Shown piece by piece: positions 11,908-24,175 of a DNA stretch of 64,000 bases. The stretch's first letter is position 1. Every line of letters begins with the position of its first letter. Location: positions 21,454,001-21,518,000 of the forward strand of contig NC_087252.1 of NCBI RefSeq assembly GCF_037042905.1, in the 5' to 3' direction. The position numbers and the translations under genes were made by a program. A model generated the notes under the pieces. That model ran no database searches, was not told the origin of the DNA, and was given only the letters and a program-made list of their open reading frames with translations. Source of the stretch: Lytechinus pictus. Lineage: Eukaryota.

Positions 11908-12017
11908 GTAAGAGTTTCAAGTGATTGAATATTTTTGTTAAAGACAAACATGGAAATTCAAACAGACTAGCAAATAACTTGATAGAATATAAACATTTTG
12001 TGACACAAGCACACCTG

Positions 12018-12143
12018 GAGCCTGTAATACAAAGCTTAGCAATGATTGTAGAACATATTTTCACGATTGATTGCATTGACTACAATGTACAATCAATCGT
12101 AAAAATCAAGCGTACGATCAATCGTTATGCTTTGTGTTACGGG
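12018..12143. mobile_element. Palindromic Harbinger-like MITE
   Basis: ctg|gagcctgtaatacaaagcttagc ... gttatgctttgtgttacggg. Confidence 0.65.
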
Positions 12144-12322
12144 TGGGTGTTTCATGCAGCTGTTTGTAAGTTAAGAACGACTTTTAGAACGACTGGTGAT
12201 CCTTTTTTGTAGTGAATGGTATACACCTAAATGTTCATTGGCGATGGTTTAGTGCGTAGGAAAGGTTCACCAGTCGTTCTTAAAATCAATCTTAACTTAC
12301 AAACAGCTTTATGAAACACCCC
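12144..12322. mobile_element. Palindromic Harbinger-like MITE abutting the previous one
   Basis: gggtgtttcatgcagctgtttgtaagttaaga ... tcttaacttacaaacagctttatgaaacaccc. Confidence 0.75.
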
Positions 12323-13104
12323 TTCTTGGGTATGGTATTGTAATGAGAAGACTGATCATTGTTTCATGTCAAAAATTATTTGTAAATAATAATTTGGAAA
12401 AAGTAAAGGATATAGGGAGAAGAAAAATCAGCCATTTCCACAGCACTTTTCACCCTTCTGTCCAAACTAACGAGGAACTTCAGTTTGTTTTGTAGTGATA
12501 TTAAAGAACTACTGGGTAGTCATATAAGAAGATGACAACCAACAAAATATGTTTTCTATTGATGTATTAGGGGTGAAAATGTTGCGTGCCGTACAAACGT
12601 GACACACAGCATTTTCACCTTTAATTCACCCGTACTCAAATATTTTTTTGTTGGTTATAAGTTTTTCACATCATTACCCGCTTTAACTTTATCATTGACA
12701 AAAAAAAAGAAATTTTATTGCTCAAGCATTCAGTTAAGAGACTGTAAATTGTTGTCAAAATGACCCGTACGGCACGTATGCAATTGCCCAAGTAGGGTGA
12801 TATAGTATGTGTATTTGTGTAAGTGTATGGTTTGGTGGATGAGCATGTGGTTGTGCGTCTCAAAGCATGACAAAGATAGAGAAAGCGCCAAAATAAATAA
12901 AGAATAACATTACCATAAAAAGCAAATGGGTTTCCCCAAAGGAAAAGGAACTAATTCTAGATTCCGAAAGTACGAGATTGATCAACATGATTTCTATTTC
13001 GAAATCCAATGTCTGTATTAGCTTTCATCTTGTCGAAATCCGAATCCGCAAAAGACAGAATGTTTCTATTCAAGGAGAAAAAAGTGTTATCGATCATGGA
13101 AATG

Positions 13105-13500
13105 TTTGAAAGGGGGGGGGGGTTGTGAGGGAGAGTAATGGAGGGAGGGGATAAAAAGGAGGGAGGGATGGAGGGAGAGAGAGATAGAGAAGCAGTTGGG
13201 GAGATGGGGAAGAGAGGGGGGGGGGAGAAATGGAGGAGAGAGAGAGAGAAAGGGATGGAGAGATAGATAAACAGGGTGAAGTGGTGGGGGGAGGGACTAA
13301 TAGTTAGAAAATGGAAATGGAAGAGGGACAAGACGAGAAACAGCTGGTGGGAGAGAGAATGATAGACAAAGAGAGTGATAGAGAGAAAGTAAGTTAGACT
13401 TGGCAATGGGAAGAGAAAAAGGAAGATGAAGGAACGGATTTTGAATTGGGACAAGGGGAGGGGAAGAATGAGAGGGTTACAAAGAGAAGAAAACATAAGC
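13105..13500. repeat. GA-rich low-complexity tract
   Basis: Directly visible; similar tracts at 2060-2210, 5210-5305, 22405-22640 and 59100-59280. Confidence 0.85.
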
Positions 13501-14289
13501 AAGTTGTAAAATTATTGTAAAGGTGGGGGGGGGGGCTTCTTATTTTGAGCGATCATACTACTTCACTGCTTACGGCTTGTATGTCAGCATTGCGACGCCA
13601 GGCGAAACAGGACCCTTGTAACGTCTCACCGCGAAGTGCTACAATTTCAACAGCAAAAGATACTTATCGCTTAACCCCAAAAGGGACGAGATAGCTCACA
13701 AAGTCAAGAGCCGGGCTGTTTGGAGTACTTAATTGCTTGTAAGAAACGGTGCGAGAAAACTTCTGCTTGTTCCTCCCTCATGCTGACTAGTTTTGCTTCA
13801 AGGAAGTCAGGAATTTTGCCAAGCAATGTAGGTATGAATATGACCAAGTCTGTTACAGGAGACTACACCTTTCGTAAAATTCCCCCATCAGTGAGAGGAC
13901 ACAGAGTTAGTCTTGGTGTTAGACTTGAATGTTTTTTGTTTTGAGGATGAAGGAGAACTCTCACAGCTTGGAACGCAGGCTAATGTTGACCAAGCGAAGC
14001 AGAAATTGGCTGTATCGTAGACGGAGTGTTTGCGCAATAGAGGCTTCTGTATGTACCCAGATCTCTTTCTTTGCTAGCCCAGTTACCACACCTGAGGGTT
14101 ATTGCTTCCCACGTCAGTTCATCGATCTGTGAGGTTAAAAGTGGATTTTCCTTGAAAGCAATCCCTCTTATTGAACCCTTTATCCTTGTTTCGTTTTCCT
14201 TTCTCAGCCCAAGAACAGGTCAGATGCAGAAGGAATTAAGTAGTTCCATGCTGTAAAAACTAAGGTGCTAACAGATAATGCCAGTTAGC

Positions 14290-14581
14290 GCTGCTGGAAA
14301 GAATAGTGTCCCACAGTGTATGCCACAGTGTGTTCACAGTGTGGAACACACTGAAAATATCCTCACACTGTTAAATTTAAGCATTTCAACAGTGTGAATC
14401 ACATATTGACAGTCAACCATGTGAACACGCTGTGAACAGTCACACTGTCAAGGTGTCCACAGTGTGAATATATCTCATCTCTGTTGAATATGAGCATTTT
14501 AACAGTGTGAATAATATTTCACATTATCCACTATGTGAACACACTGTGATAACACTGTGTGACACTGTACTTTTCAGCAGG
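14290..14581. mobile_element. MITE with ~55-bp TIRs and internal cacagtgtg/cacactgtg subrepeats
   Basis: ctgctggaaagaatagtgtcccacagtg... pairs with ...cactgtgtgacactgtacttttcagcag. Confidence 0.75.
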
Positions 14582-14777
14582 GAATACCCTAGAGGATTGC
14601 ACCCTGAGGTGTTAAAAATTACACCATAGAGATTAACACCAACTTCCAATAGTAACACCCCTAGGTGTTAAACTAACACCAAATATTTAACACTGGATTA
14701 AAATGAATAGTGTGGTCTGGTCCGTGTACACCAATGAACACTTCAGTTTCTTGCTGCATTGCTCGGGAAGAAACCAG

Positions 14778-15044
14778 GGCCCCGTCTTACAAAAAGTTAT
14801 GATTGATCCAATCAATTGTAACTATAAAATCCATCAGTGTCATAAGTTTTGTCTACAGGGAATTCGCACAATCTCCTTAAAACAAAGAGAATCACTCTGA
14901 ATCTTCAAGAGAATGATAAATGTATGAATGTACATCATATCTAGAAAATTTTTTGAACAAGTTTGCATTTTTAGATGATGATGTTGCTGGCCGTCCATAG
15001 TTCTGATTGATCGGATCGATCGTGATTCTTTGTAAGGCTGGGCC
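14778..15044 (-). mobile_element. Harbinger-like MITE family A, copy 4 (inverted), CAG TSD
   Basis: cag|ggccccgtcttac ... gtaaggctgggcc|cag; internal sequence is the reverse complement of copies 1-3; followed at 15048 by another gggccc... terminus. Confidence 0.85.
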
Positions 15045-15093
15045 CAGGGGCCCATTTCATAAAGACTTGTTATAATAACAAATCCATGATTTC

Positions 15094-15147
15094 TAGGAAT
15101 TTAACCCACGCCCCTCTGACAGATGAGCGTCATTACCACTAGACCGT
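15094..15147 (-). mobile_element. tRNA-derived SINE head fragment
   Basis: Reverse complement ggtctagtggtaatgacgctc...gtgggttaaattcct has A-box and degenerate B-box spacing like the other SINEs here. Confidence 0.55.
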
Positions 15148-15153
15148 ACACAG

Positions 15154-16469
15154 CAGAGATGCCAACCGTTACGGATACGCCGTATTTGTTCCGATTTTAT
15201 TCCTCCAATTACGGTGTTACGGCAACAATAAAAAGGTTACGGAAAAAACAACTACAATACATGTGTATTGTGTATTGCTTTGCTGTGCATGTGTATATAT
15301 GCGTGTATTGTGTATTGTGCATGTATATGCGTGTATTGTGTATACATGTATCGTGCATGCAGCGTGTGTGTGGCCAATGGTAAACCAACGGGAGTTTCTC
15401 TACTATAATTTATAAACGCGCGCACTGCCTACTACGTTCATTGAGTTATGCTTTTATCAAGGCTTTCTCATTAGAATTATCGATATCCTGGCCAATCAAT
15501 GCGAGCGACAAGTTCCGAACGCACGCACATAGACAAGCACAAATCAGCGGCACGAATCGCGGTATAATAGCGACTGGTAAATACGACTGTAAAGATGATG
15601 ACGTCATCCAAGATGGCAACTTACGATGACCAACGAAGGAATCGAGGATGACTAAGTTTTGATCATCATTTGAAAGGAATTAGCAGTAACTGTGGTCTAA
15701 GGTACGATGTTTCTGAATTTTATATATTTTCTCGTAAGTTTGGATGTAATTATTTTTTCATAATGTGACATTTGATGTACCAAAAACGATCCGAAAATCG
15801 GGTTTCCGCCGAATGTTAGAACTTAGATCTAACGTTACTGCTGCATGCTGATACGGAACTCAGGGAGCTCCGGCCCGAAAAGCGGGCCGGAGCTCCTTGG
15901 GTTACGTACGTATCAGCTAGCCCAGAGCTCCCTGGGTTAGCTGATACGTTGTCTTAATGTACGGGCCAACAACTCTTCAGTCTATGTATTGGTGAGTGGA
16001 GCCAACGCGGTTCAGCTGAACAACCAAAATACAGAGACTGAAGCTTTTGGTCTAGCGTTCTATGAGAAACACACAACTAACTACCATCAGTTTTTCAAAC
16101 CTAATTGACTTCAAAGTCATCGATCACAACAAGGTAAGAAGCCACTTAGTCTTCCCCCCCCTCCCCTAAATTTGAGGTGGGGGCAGACCCCCCCCCTCCT
16201 AATTTTTTTTTTTTTTTTTTTTTTTTGCTTGTCAAATTTTTTACCTGTGACATGTGTCCATCCCAAAATTAAAGGTGGACCCCCCCTAAATTTTTTTTTT
16301 ATTGGACACTGTCCCGGCCCACGATGAGTTTCAGTATTTTTGGAGGACACCTAGTGGCATCCCTGTATAAACGATGCTACTTCGCGGGATGTTCCTGAGA
16401 AACTCCCATTTGTTCCTGACAAATATGGTAAATGTTCCTGACAACCATCCCTTTAGGTTGGCATCTCTG
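15154..16469. mobile_element. 1.32-kb non-autonomous hAT-like DNA transposon with 6-bp TSD
   Basis: Perfect 14-bp TIRs cagagatgccaacc / ggttggcatctctg; acacag at 15148-15153 and 16470-16475; ttacgg repeats at left, gttcctga repeats at right. Confidence 0.85.
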
Positions 16470-17531
16470 ACACAGGTCCTTATCTTTGTTAGATGTGAAC
16501 AAAGAGTTAGTTTTCGATACACTCAAAAGCAAATTCAGGATGATCCTGGAAAAGTAGGACTTCCGATAACCCTGCTGGTAACTGTAAATTCTCTCAAGTA
16601 TGACAGAGGCATTTTGTATCGGATAAATTATTGGTATTGACATGCAGTGGTACTGTCGTCATCCTCGCTCAGTGGTTCTCAAAGAAATTATGCAAGTACC
16701 ACTTAAGAGACTGCTTTGCAGAGTCCTAGAATAATTTCATTATAGAAACAAAACTGGAAACACTACCTTAAATGCCTCTGATCCTAATTCAATCCTTTTT
16801 TTGGCTCTTCAAAGATTACAGTAATCCCTTTCTAATCTTCTTCCCATCTCCGTCTTTCTTCTCTCCTGTCTCACGTTCTCTCTCTCTCTCGAGCTTTGTT
16901 GGATTACACGCTAATCCTCCCATCATCCGGGATAAAATATCGGATGGAGACGGAAAGACTGGATTCCAGAAATCCTACCTTCTTTTGATGGCGTATCCCA
17001 AGATCGGATGTTGCTGTATCAAATTTTCTCGTGAATCTCAGTGAAAAGGTTATTTCTAGGTGTGATCTTCTTTAATCTTACACAATTAGATTTTTTGGTA
17101 ATTTGTACAGATTGAAATTCATGGAGGGATGATGCAAAAAAGCCTCCTTCGAGAATGTATTTTAAAATTTGATATTGTAGAATCATCTTTGTCGTAAATA
17201 TCTGTGAAAATGTTCTTTTGTGGGTGTGATCCTGCTTAATTGGGTAAAATTTGATTTGCACTGGTTTACAAAGTGGGTAGTAGAACTAGAATGTCTTAGA
17301 CAATGAAAAGGCTATATTCTTTGTATAGATATAAAATTAAATTCAGTATCAACTTTTTTTCTGTTAATTTTGGCACCAATTTTTGAATACTTACCTTTGA
17401 TTTCCAGTGATAATACATGGTTCACTTTAAATCACACTTCATATATCACCATCTTATTCCCAAAAATCACAGAAGTCAGCCAGTTAGTCTACCAACTAAG
17501 AAATAGGGGTTCAAATTCGAACCCTAGACCT

Positions 17532-17770
17532 CAAGGGCTTGACATTCGCAGTGGCCCGGGGCAACCAAAAATTAGTCGGGCCACCAGAATTCTGTATAAA
17601 CCCTCACTTGGTGGCCCGATTGGGCTATCAAAGTTTTGATAAATTGTAGGCTAAGGTTTTGTATTGTTTTAGGGCCACCAAATTTGCTTTGTGGGCCACC
17701 AAAAATATGAAATTAATGATTTTGGTGGACCGATCTGGCCACCAAGAAAAAAAGTTAGTGTGGAGCCTTG
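17532..17770. mobile_element. DNA transposon remnant with gggccacca/tggtggccc subrepeats, inside an older CACTA-like relic
   Basis: Imperfect TIRs aagggcttgacatt / agtgtggagccttg; ccctag near both ends. Confidence 0.5.
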
Positions 17771-18249
17771 CCCTAGTAGTTGGTACAATAACATTACCCA
17801 AAGGGTACTATAAATGAGTGCAGTTATGCTCATTTATGTACATGTAGCTATCTTAAGCACCCTATATAGGGTTCAGATATGAACCATGTACGAGTAATAA
17901 AGGTGCAAATTTGAACCTTAATACCGAGTATTGTTCCCCTTAAAAGGTAGAGTTGCACCTTTAAGGGTTCAAACAAGCAAATAAAAAGTTGCATATTTGC
18001 ACCAGTGTGTACCTCTGGAAGCAATGGGGGAAGACAGCCCCCGAAGATGGTCTTATGAAAGGGGGGGGGGGGGGGGGCTCAGTGGCCGGATCTATAGACC
18101 CCTCACTGAGGAAGAGTCTTAATTTGAGTGTAGAAAATATTTCTAGAATCTAATAACTTTGCATGAACTAACCCTTTACTTCTTTTCATGGTTTTGATTG
18201 GAAATAATGCATTCAGAACTTAGTTTTAGCATCCCTAAAGTTGGTTCAA

Positions 18250-18375
18250 AAGCGAAATTACCAGCTATTGGTTAAAACAATCCCCGTTCATTTTGCTCCT
18301 CATTTATGTTTTAACCAACAGTTTGTAGCGTCATTTCAACAAACGTTAGATTGGTTAAAAAATTATGAGAGTGTA
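18250..18375 (+). mobile_element. Old CACT-ended element remnant, related to ~57290-57417
   Basis: Both copies share ttggttaaaacaat...ttttaaccaa...tgagagtgta. Confidence 0.5.
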
Positions 18376-19960
18376 TCCTAACTAATGTGTACTTTATTTG
18401 CAACTTTCATTCTAAAATAAGCAACTTCTTTTTCTTCACATCCTTTATACCTAATCGATTTTAAGCTTCCTAAAGCATGGATTTTGTGTGGCATTGCAGT
18501 CACATAGATTGTAATCAACTCTGGCAACAAAAAGGGAAATTCCCTTCTAAGCAATCACCACTTTGGTAATGAAATATATGCAAACTTCAAATGACACTCT
18601 AAAATGACATAGTGGTAAAAAGAAGAGGAATTTTTGTCTTTGAAGATGATATCTTGACACTGTAAGATCAAGTCTACATAGTGTTATCTAACTTCCTTTG
18701 CATCTTATTGAATTTGCTAATATGTAGTCGTAGTGAATCAGTTGCTTTATATAGGACATCTTTACACAAAATCTGCTTGAAAAGCAATACAATATATAGA
18801 AATTTCACTCTGTAAAAGAATGAATTCAGGAATGTCTTATTTGAGTGAATGTTCATACATGTGTAGTTCATAATTTGCATTTTCTTGTACTTTATTTTGT
18901 ACCAGGGTGATTAAATCTAGTTTAACACTTTCGTTTCAGGACTTCAGAACTGAAATGTTAAATCCAAAAGTTTTTTCCCTCCTTGATTGTAAGTAAGCTC
19001 TTGATATTCACAGAATTTAAGAAAACAAACATGTGATGATTTCATTTGTTTTTCATGTTGAATTGATAAAGTGTATTTTGTACATTATCTTCTATTTTTA
19101 TAAAGGATATACATGTACATGTATACCAGTACTTTTATAGTATAGTAGCTCTGTTGTACCTTGAGTAATTTGAAAAATGAAGAATAGCTGATTACACATG
19201 GAAAGTGTGATATATGAGGATGTCATTGTCAATTTGTATATAAACAATCAAAATCACAATTCTTCAGCTTGCGCGAAAAAGGAGAAATTTCCTGAAAATT
19301 CCCAAAACGTTCCTTGAAAAAAATATTCCTGAATATCTGTTAACTTCCCAGCCGTTTGCCATCCTAATTCAATTTTTTTTAAAATGCGCACTGGAAAGAA
19401 TGATAAATTTTACTCTTTTTTCATTATATAAGAAAGAGTCAGGTAGCTATCCTTATGTGGCATTCTTCGTAGATAGGGGTTCTCCGCTTACTGAAGGGGT
19501 CTAATTGATTCTCTAAATAGTATCTGAGGTATCTGATAAGCGGTTTGCGGCACTGTGGTTTAACCAGAAGGTACTAAGTAGTAGTAACACTTCAAATGAA
19601 TTCATTGTGTTTCTTTCTGTTTATAGCAGGTGTTTTGATCAAAATCTTCCAAGCAGTGCTTCTTGTACTATTATGCCAAAACAAGCTAATACATTTCTTT
19701 TGAGAATGAGACTTCAATACTACAACTAGAGTGAATATATTTACTCTTTTTAATCTTGACATTTAAATAGTTGAGGTTAAAGAAGATACTCAGGCATGGA
19801 TTGTGTAGTATGAATGTTTTTTAAGTTGTACAAATATCTTTTGTGTTTCATTCCAATCCCAAATCTTCAGGTATATCTAATGTACATGTATATTCCTAGC
19901 AAATCAGTTTGGAAAATCTTGTTGGAGGCACCCTAAGGGAGTGGAGAAAATAAGCATAAA

Positions 19961-20274
19961 CATGGGCGGAAATCCCAGGGGGGACAGGGGGACGTGTCCC
20001 CCCTACCCTGAATAGCAGGGGGGACACAATATCAAATGTCCCCCCTACTATTTTTGGTATTTTATGATGGAAAGAAATACATCATTCAAAATCGATATTA
20101 AACATGTATTTTTGACGAGATGACCTTACTTTTTGGGTGATAACCTTTTTTTTTGCTTGTCAAAGTTAATCTAGTCGCAATGACCTGACATTTTGGGTGA
20201 TAACCTTTTTTTTGGGCTTGTCAAATTTTCCATCCCCAGGTCCCCCTACCTTTGGGGAAAGATTTCCGCCCTTG
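19961..20274. mobile_element. hAT-like MITE
   Basis: TIRs catgggcggaaatc / gatttccgcccttg; degenerate 8-bp flanks; internal duplication of tgacct...ttttgggtgataacctttt. Confidence 0.75.
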
Positions 20275-21813
20275 AACATGTACTTTAGGTTCTGTGGTAA
20301 TAAAATCTATAAAGAGATGTTTCAATGAAACTGGAATATCATAAATGAATTTATTTACGTAGACCTGTACAGAGATTAGGTACCAAATATTGACTCTGAT
20401 ATGAACAGATCATTTGCACACTGGGTTTGTTCTGAAGCGATAGTGATGACATTTTTTGTTTTTATATTTCCCTTGAATTTTGCTCCCCATATTGCACTTC
20501 TGATACTGGTAGTTATTTTGTTCATGTTACTGACGAATTTTAGCCATCACTAAGCTTTGATGACGGAGAAACCTTATTATCACATTTGTTAAATTTATTA
20601 TATAAAAGTGAAATCTTGCCACATTAATGTGCAAAGAGTTAACTGGAAGGACAGTCTAGGTACACATTCAAATTGATTTTCAACTAACCCTTTTAAAATA
20701 CTAAAGTTGCTGTGTGAACCTCACTATTATAACGGCATATATAGACATGAAAATAAGGTTGAGGGGAAAGTTTGAGAGATTTACGTTGAGTGTCATTCAC
20801 TCTTTCTGCTATTCAGAGCGGTAATGATTGTTTGGAAATCGCTTCAAGCAATTAAATCATGATGGGAAAATATATTTCTAGGATCTTTCTTTTTCTTTAA
20901 TTTTGGGAAAAAAATATTACAGTTAAAGGTTGAATTTAAAAACAGAATGTAAGGCTGAACATGCAACCATGTGGATGAAAATTTTATGTTGTTGATGTGC
21001 ATAGTCACACAAATAAATATTGGTGTATTGGTAATATTTCATTTCATGTCAGTGTTTATCATCAGTACACAATTCACGAGGATTTCAACCAAATGATTTC
21101 AATTGTTAAGACAGATCCCCATACAAAAAATAACCCCGTTTTCAAAATCCATTTTATGTGAGATGTGAAGATAATATTTGATGTGATTGATTGTATTCTA
21201 GACAATGTTGACTGACCACTAGTTCCACTATATCTCATCTTTAAAAGCTCTTCGTATAGATAGTAATCAAGTTTGTCAATTACAGTCAAATCAATGTATC
21301 ACTTTGGGCTATTTAAGGCTATTTATAAGGTTTCTCATGAAATCCACACTTAGTCGGGAGAAAGAAAATAATTAGCAAATTAAACAGAAGCTTTCAAATA
21401 GAAGGAGAGAACTATCAATCAGATTTTACAGATTTTAAGAAATATTAACTTATTTTAGCTGTGAAATTCTTGGAATCAAAGAGTCATAAGTTCACAAATG
21501 ACAGTTGTTGTCATTAATGCAGATAATTGGCATATAAAATCCTGCTGGCAACTTGTATCAATTATCAAAAGTGGATTAAGAAATTTCAATAAATGAATTT
21601 TGGTTAAGAAGGATATATTTCGGTAATTGAATGAATATCCTAAATTTCACCCAGGCTATACCCTGAATTCTTGTGTGCGAAAGAGCAGGATAAGAAGAGA
21701 CATATAAGAAGAGAATTAAAAACATAGAGTAATAGATAGGGCGAGAGATATAGACATACACATAGGGGAGAGATAGGTGGAGAGAAACAGATAGAGAGTG
21801 AGACTGACAGTTA

Positions 21814-22400
21814 GGCCCGTATTCTGAAGTTGTGTTTAACTTAAACTCAGGTTTAAAGTTGTGGTTTAAGTATGGATAGCCAATTGTTACATAAATCACT
21901 AACAGTAGATATATAATATTTCACCTCATTTGGCTGTCAAATCATTCATAATTGTGTAGGAAGTAGGCCTATAAATAGATTATTGTCTGCACCATCCAGG
22001 GCGGATCCAGGATTTTCCAAAAGGGGGGGGGGGAATTTTTTGGAGGATATTTCGTCCGCGAAAAAAATTGACAAGCAAAAAAAAAAAGGCTTCAACCACA
22101 AATAAAGGAAACTTCGTACCAAAAAAAAATTGACAAGCAAAAAAAAAAAAAGTCTTCAAGTTCAAAAGAGGGGACACACCTCTGTTTTCATGGCATTTTG
22201 ACTTTACAAATGTTTAATTTTGCTTCTCAAAGGGGGGGGGGGGGGGGGCACGTGCCCCCTGTACCCCCCCCCTGGATCCGCACTTGGCACCATCGATGAA
22301 TCAGGAAACTTTATACAATTTTTGACACTTTTGGCTTCCCATTATTTTAGCACAGAGTTAGACCACGGTCTGAGTCAAATCTGACTTCAGAATACGGGCC
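21814..22400. mobile_element. Harbinger-like MITE hosting a nested hAT MITE
   Basis: TIRs ggcccgtattctgaagt / acttcagaatacgggcc; flanks tta/tca. Confidence 0.8.
21997..22286. mobile_element. hAT-like MITE, perfect 8-bp TSD
   Basis: cagggcggatccagg / cctggatccgcacttg; gcaccatc at 21989-21996 and 22287-22294. Confidence 0.9.
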
Positions 22401-23262
22401 TCAGAGTGAGAAGAGATAAAGAGAGAAACAAAGAGATGAGGGAAAAGAAAGAAGGAAAAGGTGAGAGGGGAGGAGGAAGGGAGAAGGGGGGGGGGGAAGA
22501 TATCGAGAAAGTGATGAAGAGATTGGGGAAGATCGGTTAGATTGGGGAGGGGTTTGAACTTGTGAAGGGGTAGAGAGCAAGAAAGATAAAAAAGAAACAG
22601 AGAGAGGCAGAGTGAGAGAGACAGACTGTGAAATAAAAGAGAGAATTATGAAATATTACAACATAAAATCCCCCCTCTTTGATTTTGCTCTCATCCTTTT
22701 TCAAGGAGGCTCGGCGCCACCGATGTTTGAGTTGTTATAGTCTTGTTTGCGTACAGTGAACATGATCTAATCGTTACACGAGGAGGAAAAAGGAACCACT
22801 TTGGATCTCCGATTCTCCCCAGAACAAATACCTTGCAGGGTGGATGCAAGAAATGTGTCTTTCGCGGCACTATGGCCGACATTCTTCCCTCCTCCGATTA
22901 TAGTGTTTCTGGTGTAATTTTGTTTTGTCAGGAGAGGGTACAAAGATAAACTTACATGTTAGTGATCCATTAAGCTTTAAAGACATTAATTGACTTTTAA
23001 ACATACAAGCTCAATTCATGTATGTGGTATGAAATATGTATCCATTGTTAACATAGATGACATTCTTTTCTCCTTGGATAATGTTTCTGATGTAATTTTG
23101 TTTTGTCAGCAGAGAAAATAACAGGACACAAAGATCAAGTTGAGTTTTGGTCTTGCCGTCCATTGTAAAAGAAGCTTTAAAGGCCTTGACTGACCTTGAA
23201 AAAGTATGAACTCCAATTCGGCATGTGGTATGAATAACATTATGTATCCATTGTTATGTTAA

Positions 23263-23334
23263 CCCGTTGCCTCCGAGATTCTTTGAATCCCATAGGTTTT
23301 ACACAGGGACCACCCGGTTCCCGTAAGCAATGGG
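23263..23334. mobile_element. 72-bp piggyBac-like mini-MITE inside the satellite
   Basis: ttaa|cccgttgc ... gcaatggg; sister units show the empty site cattgttaacatag. Confidence 0.65.
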
Positions 23335-24029
23335 CAAACATAGAACACTAGAGCAATAGACAACATACTTCCCTCCAACGATAATTTTTCTTGTGAAATT
23401 TTATTTTGTCAGCGGAGAAAAAAAAAACAGGACACAAAAATATGCACCTAAGTTATGCTCACAGATCCATCGTAAAAGAAGCTTTAAAAGCACTAACTGC
23501 CTTTTTTAAAAATACGAGCTCCAATTGTGCATGTGGTATGAATTATGTATTCATTGTTAACATAGAGCAATAGACAACATACTTCCCTCCTCCAACGATA
23601 ATTTTTCTTGTGTAATTTTATGTTGTCAGCGGAGAAAAAAAAACAGGACACAAAAATATGCACCTAAGTTATGCTCATAGATTCATTGTAAAAGAAGCTT
23701 TAAAAGCACTAATTGACTTTTAAAAAAGATACGAGCTCCAATTTCTGTAGGCCTATGTTGTATGAATATGTACATGCAATAAGTGTAAACATAAAACACT
23801 AGAAAATGGCTGATGCTCTTCGTCCTCCGACGATAATGTTTCTTGTGTAATTTTGTTTTGTCAGCGGAGGAAATAATAAAGGACACCATGTCAAAGCTAA
23901 TTTATGGTCATGTGATCCACTGTGAAAGAAGCTTTAAAGGCATTTATTGACTTAAGATAATATGAGCTCCAATTCCTGCATGCAGTAACTGTACACATGA
24001 AACATTAGAAAATGGCTGACATCCTTCTG

Positions 24030-24175
24030 GGGAGCGTTTCATGAAGGGACTTTGTCCGACAAGTTCTGTTTTATCCGACAATTACCATAGTAACAGTACC
24101 TCTCAGCCAATTAGATTCAAGGAAAGATGTCAGATCTCACAGCTTGTCGGACAAAAATGTTGATGAAACGCTCCC
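24030..24175. mobile_element. Harbinger-like MITE, CTG TSD
   Basis: ctg|gggagcgtttcat ... atgaaacgctccc|ctg. Confidence 0.85.

Noticed and set aside
20997..21020. Partial resemblance to miR-153 (and to miR-242 near 54476)
   Set aside because: Only 11-13-nt matches to sequences recalled from memory, and no precursor hairpin evident
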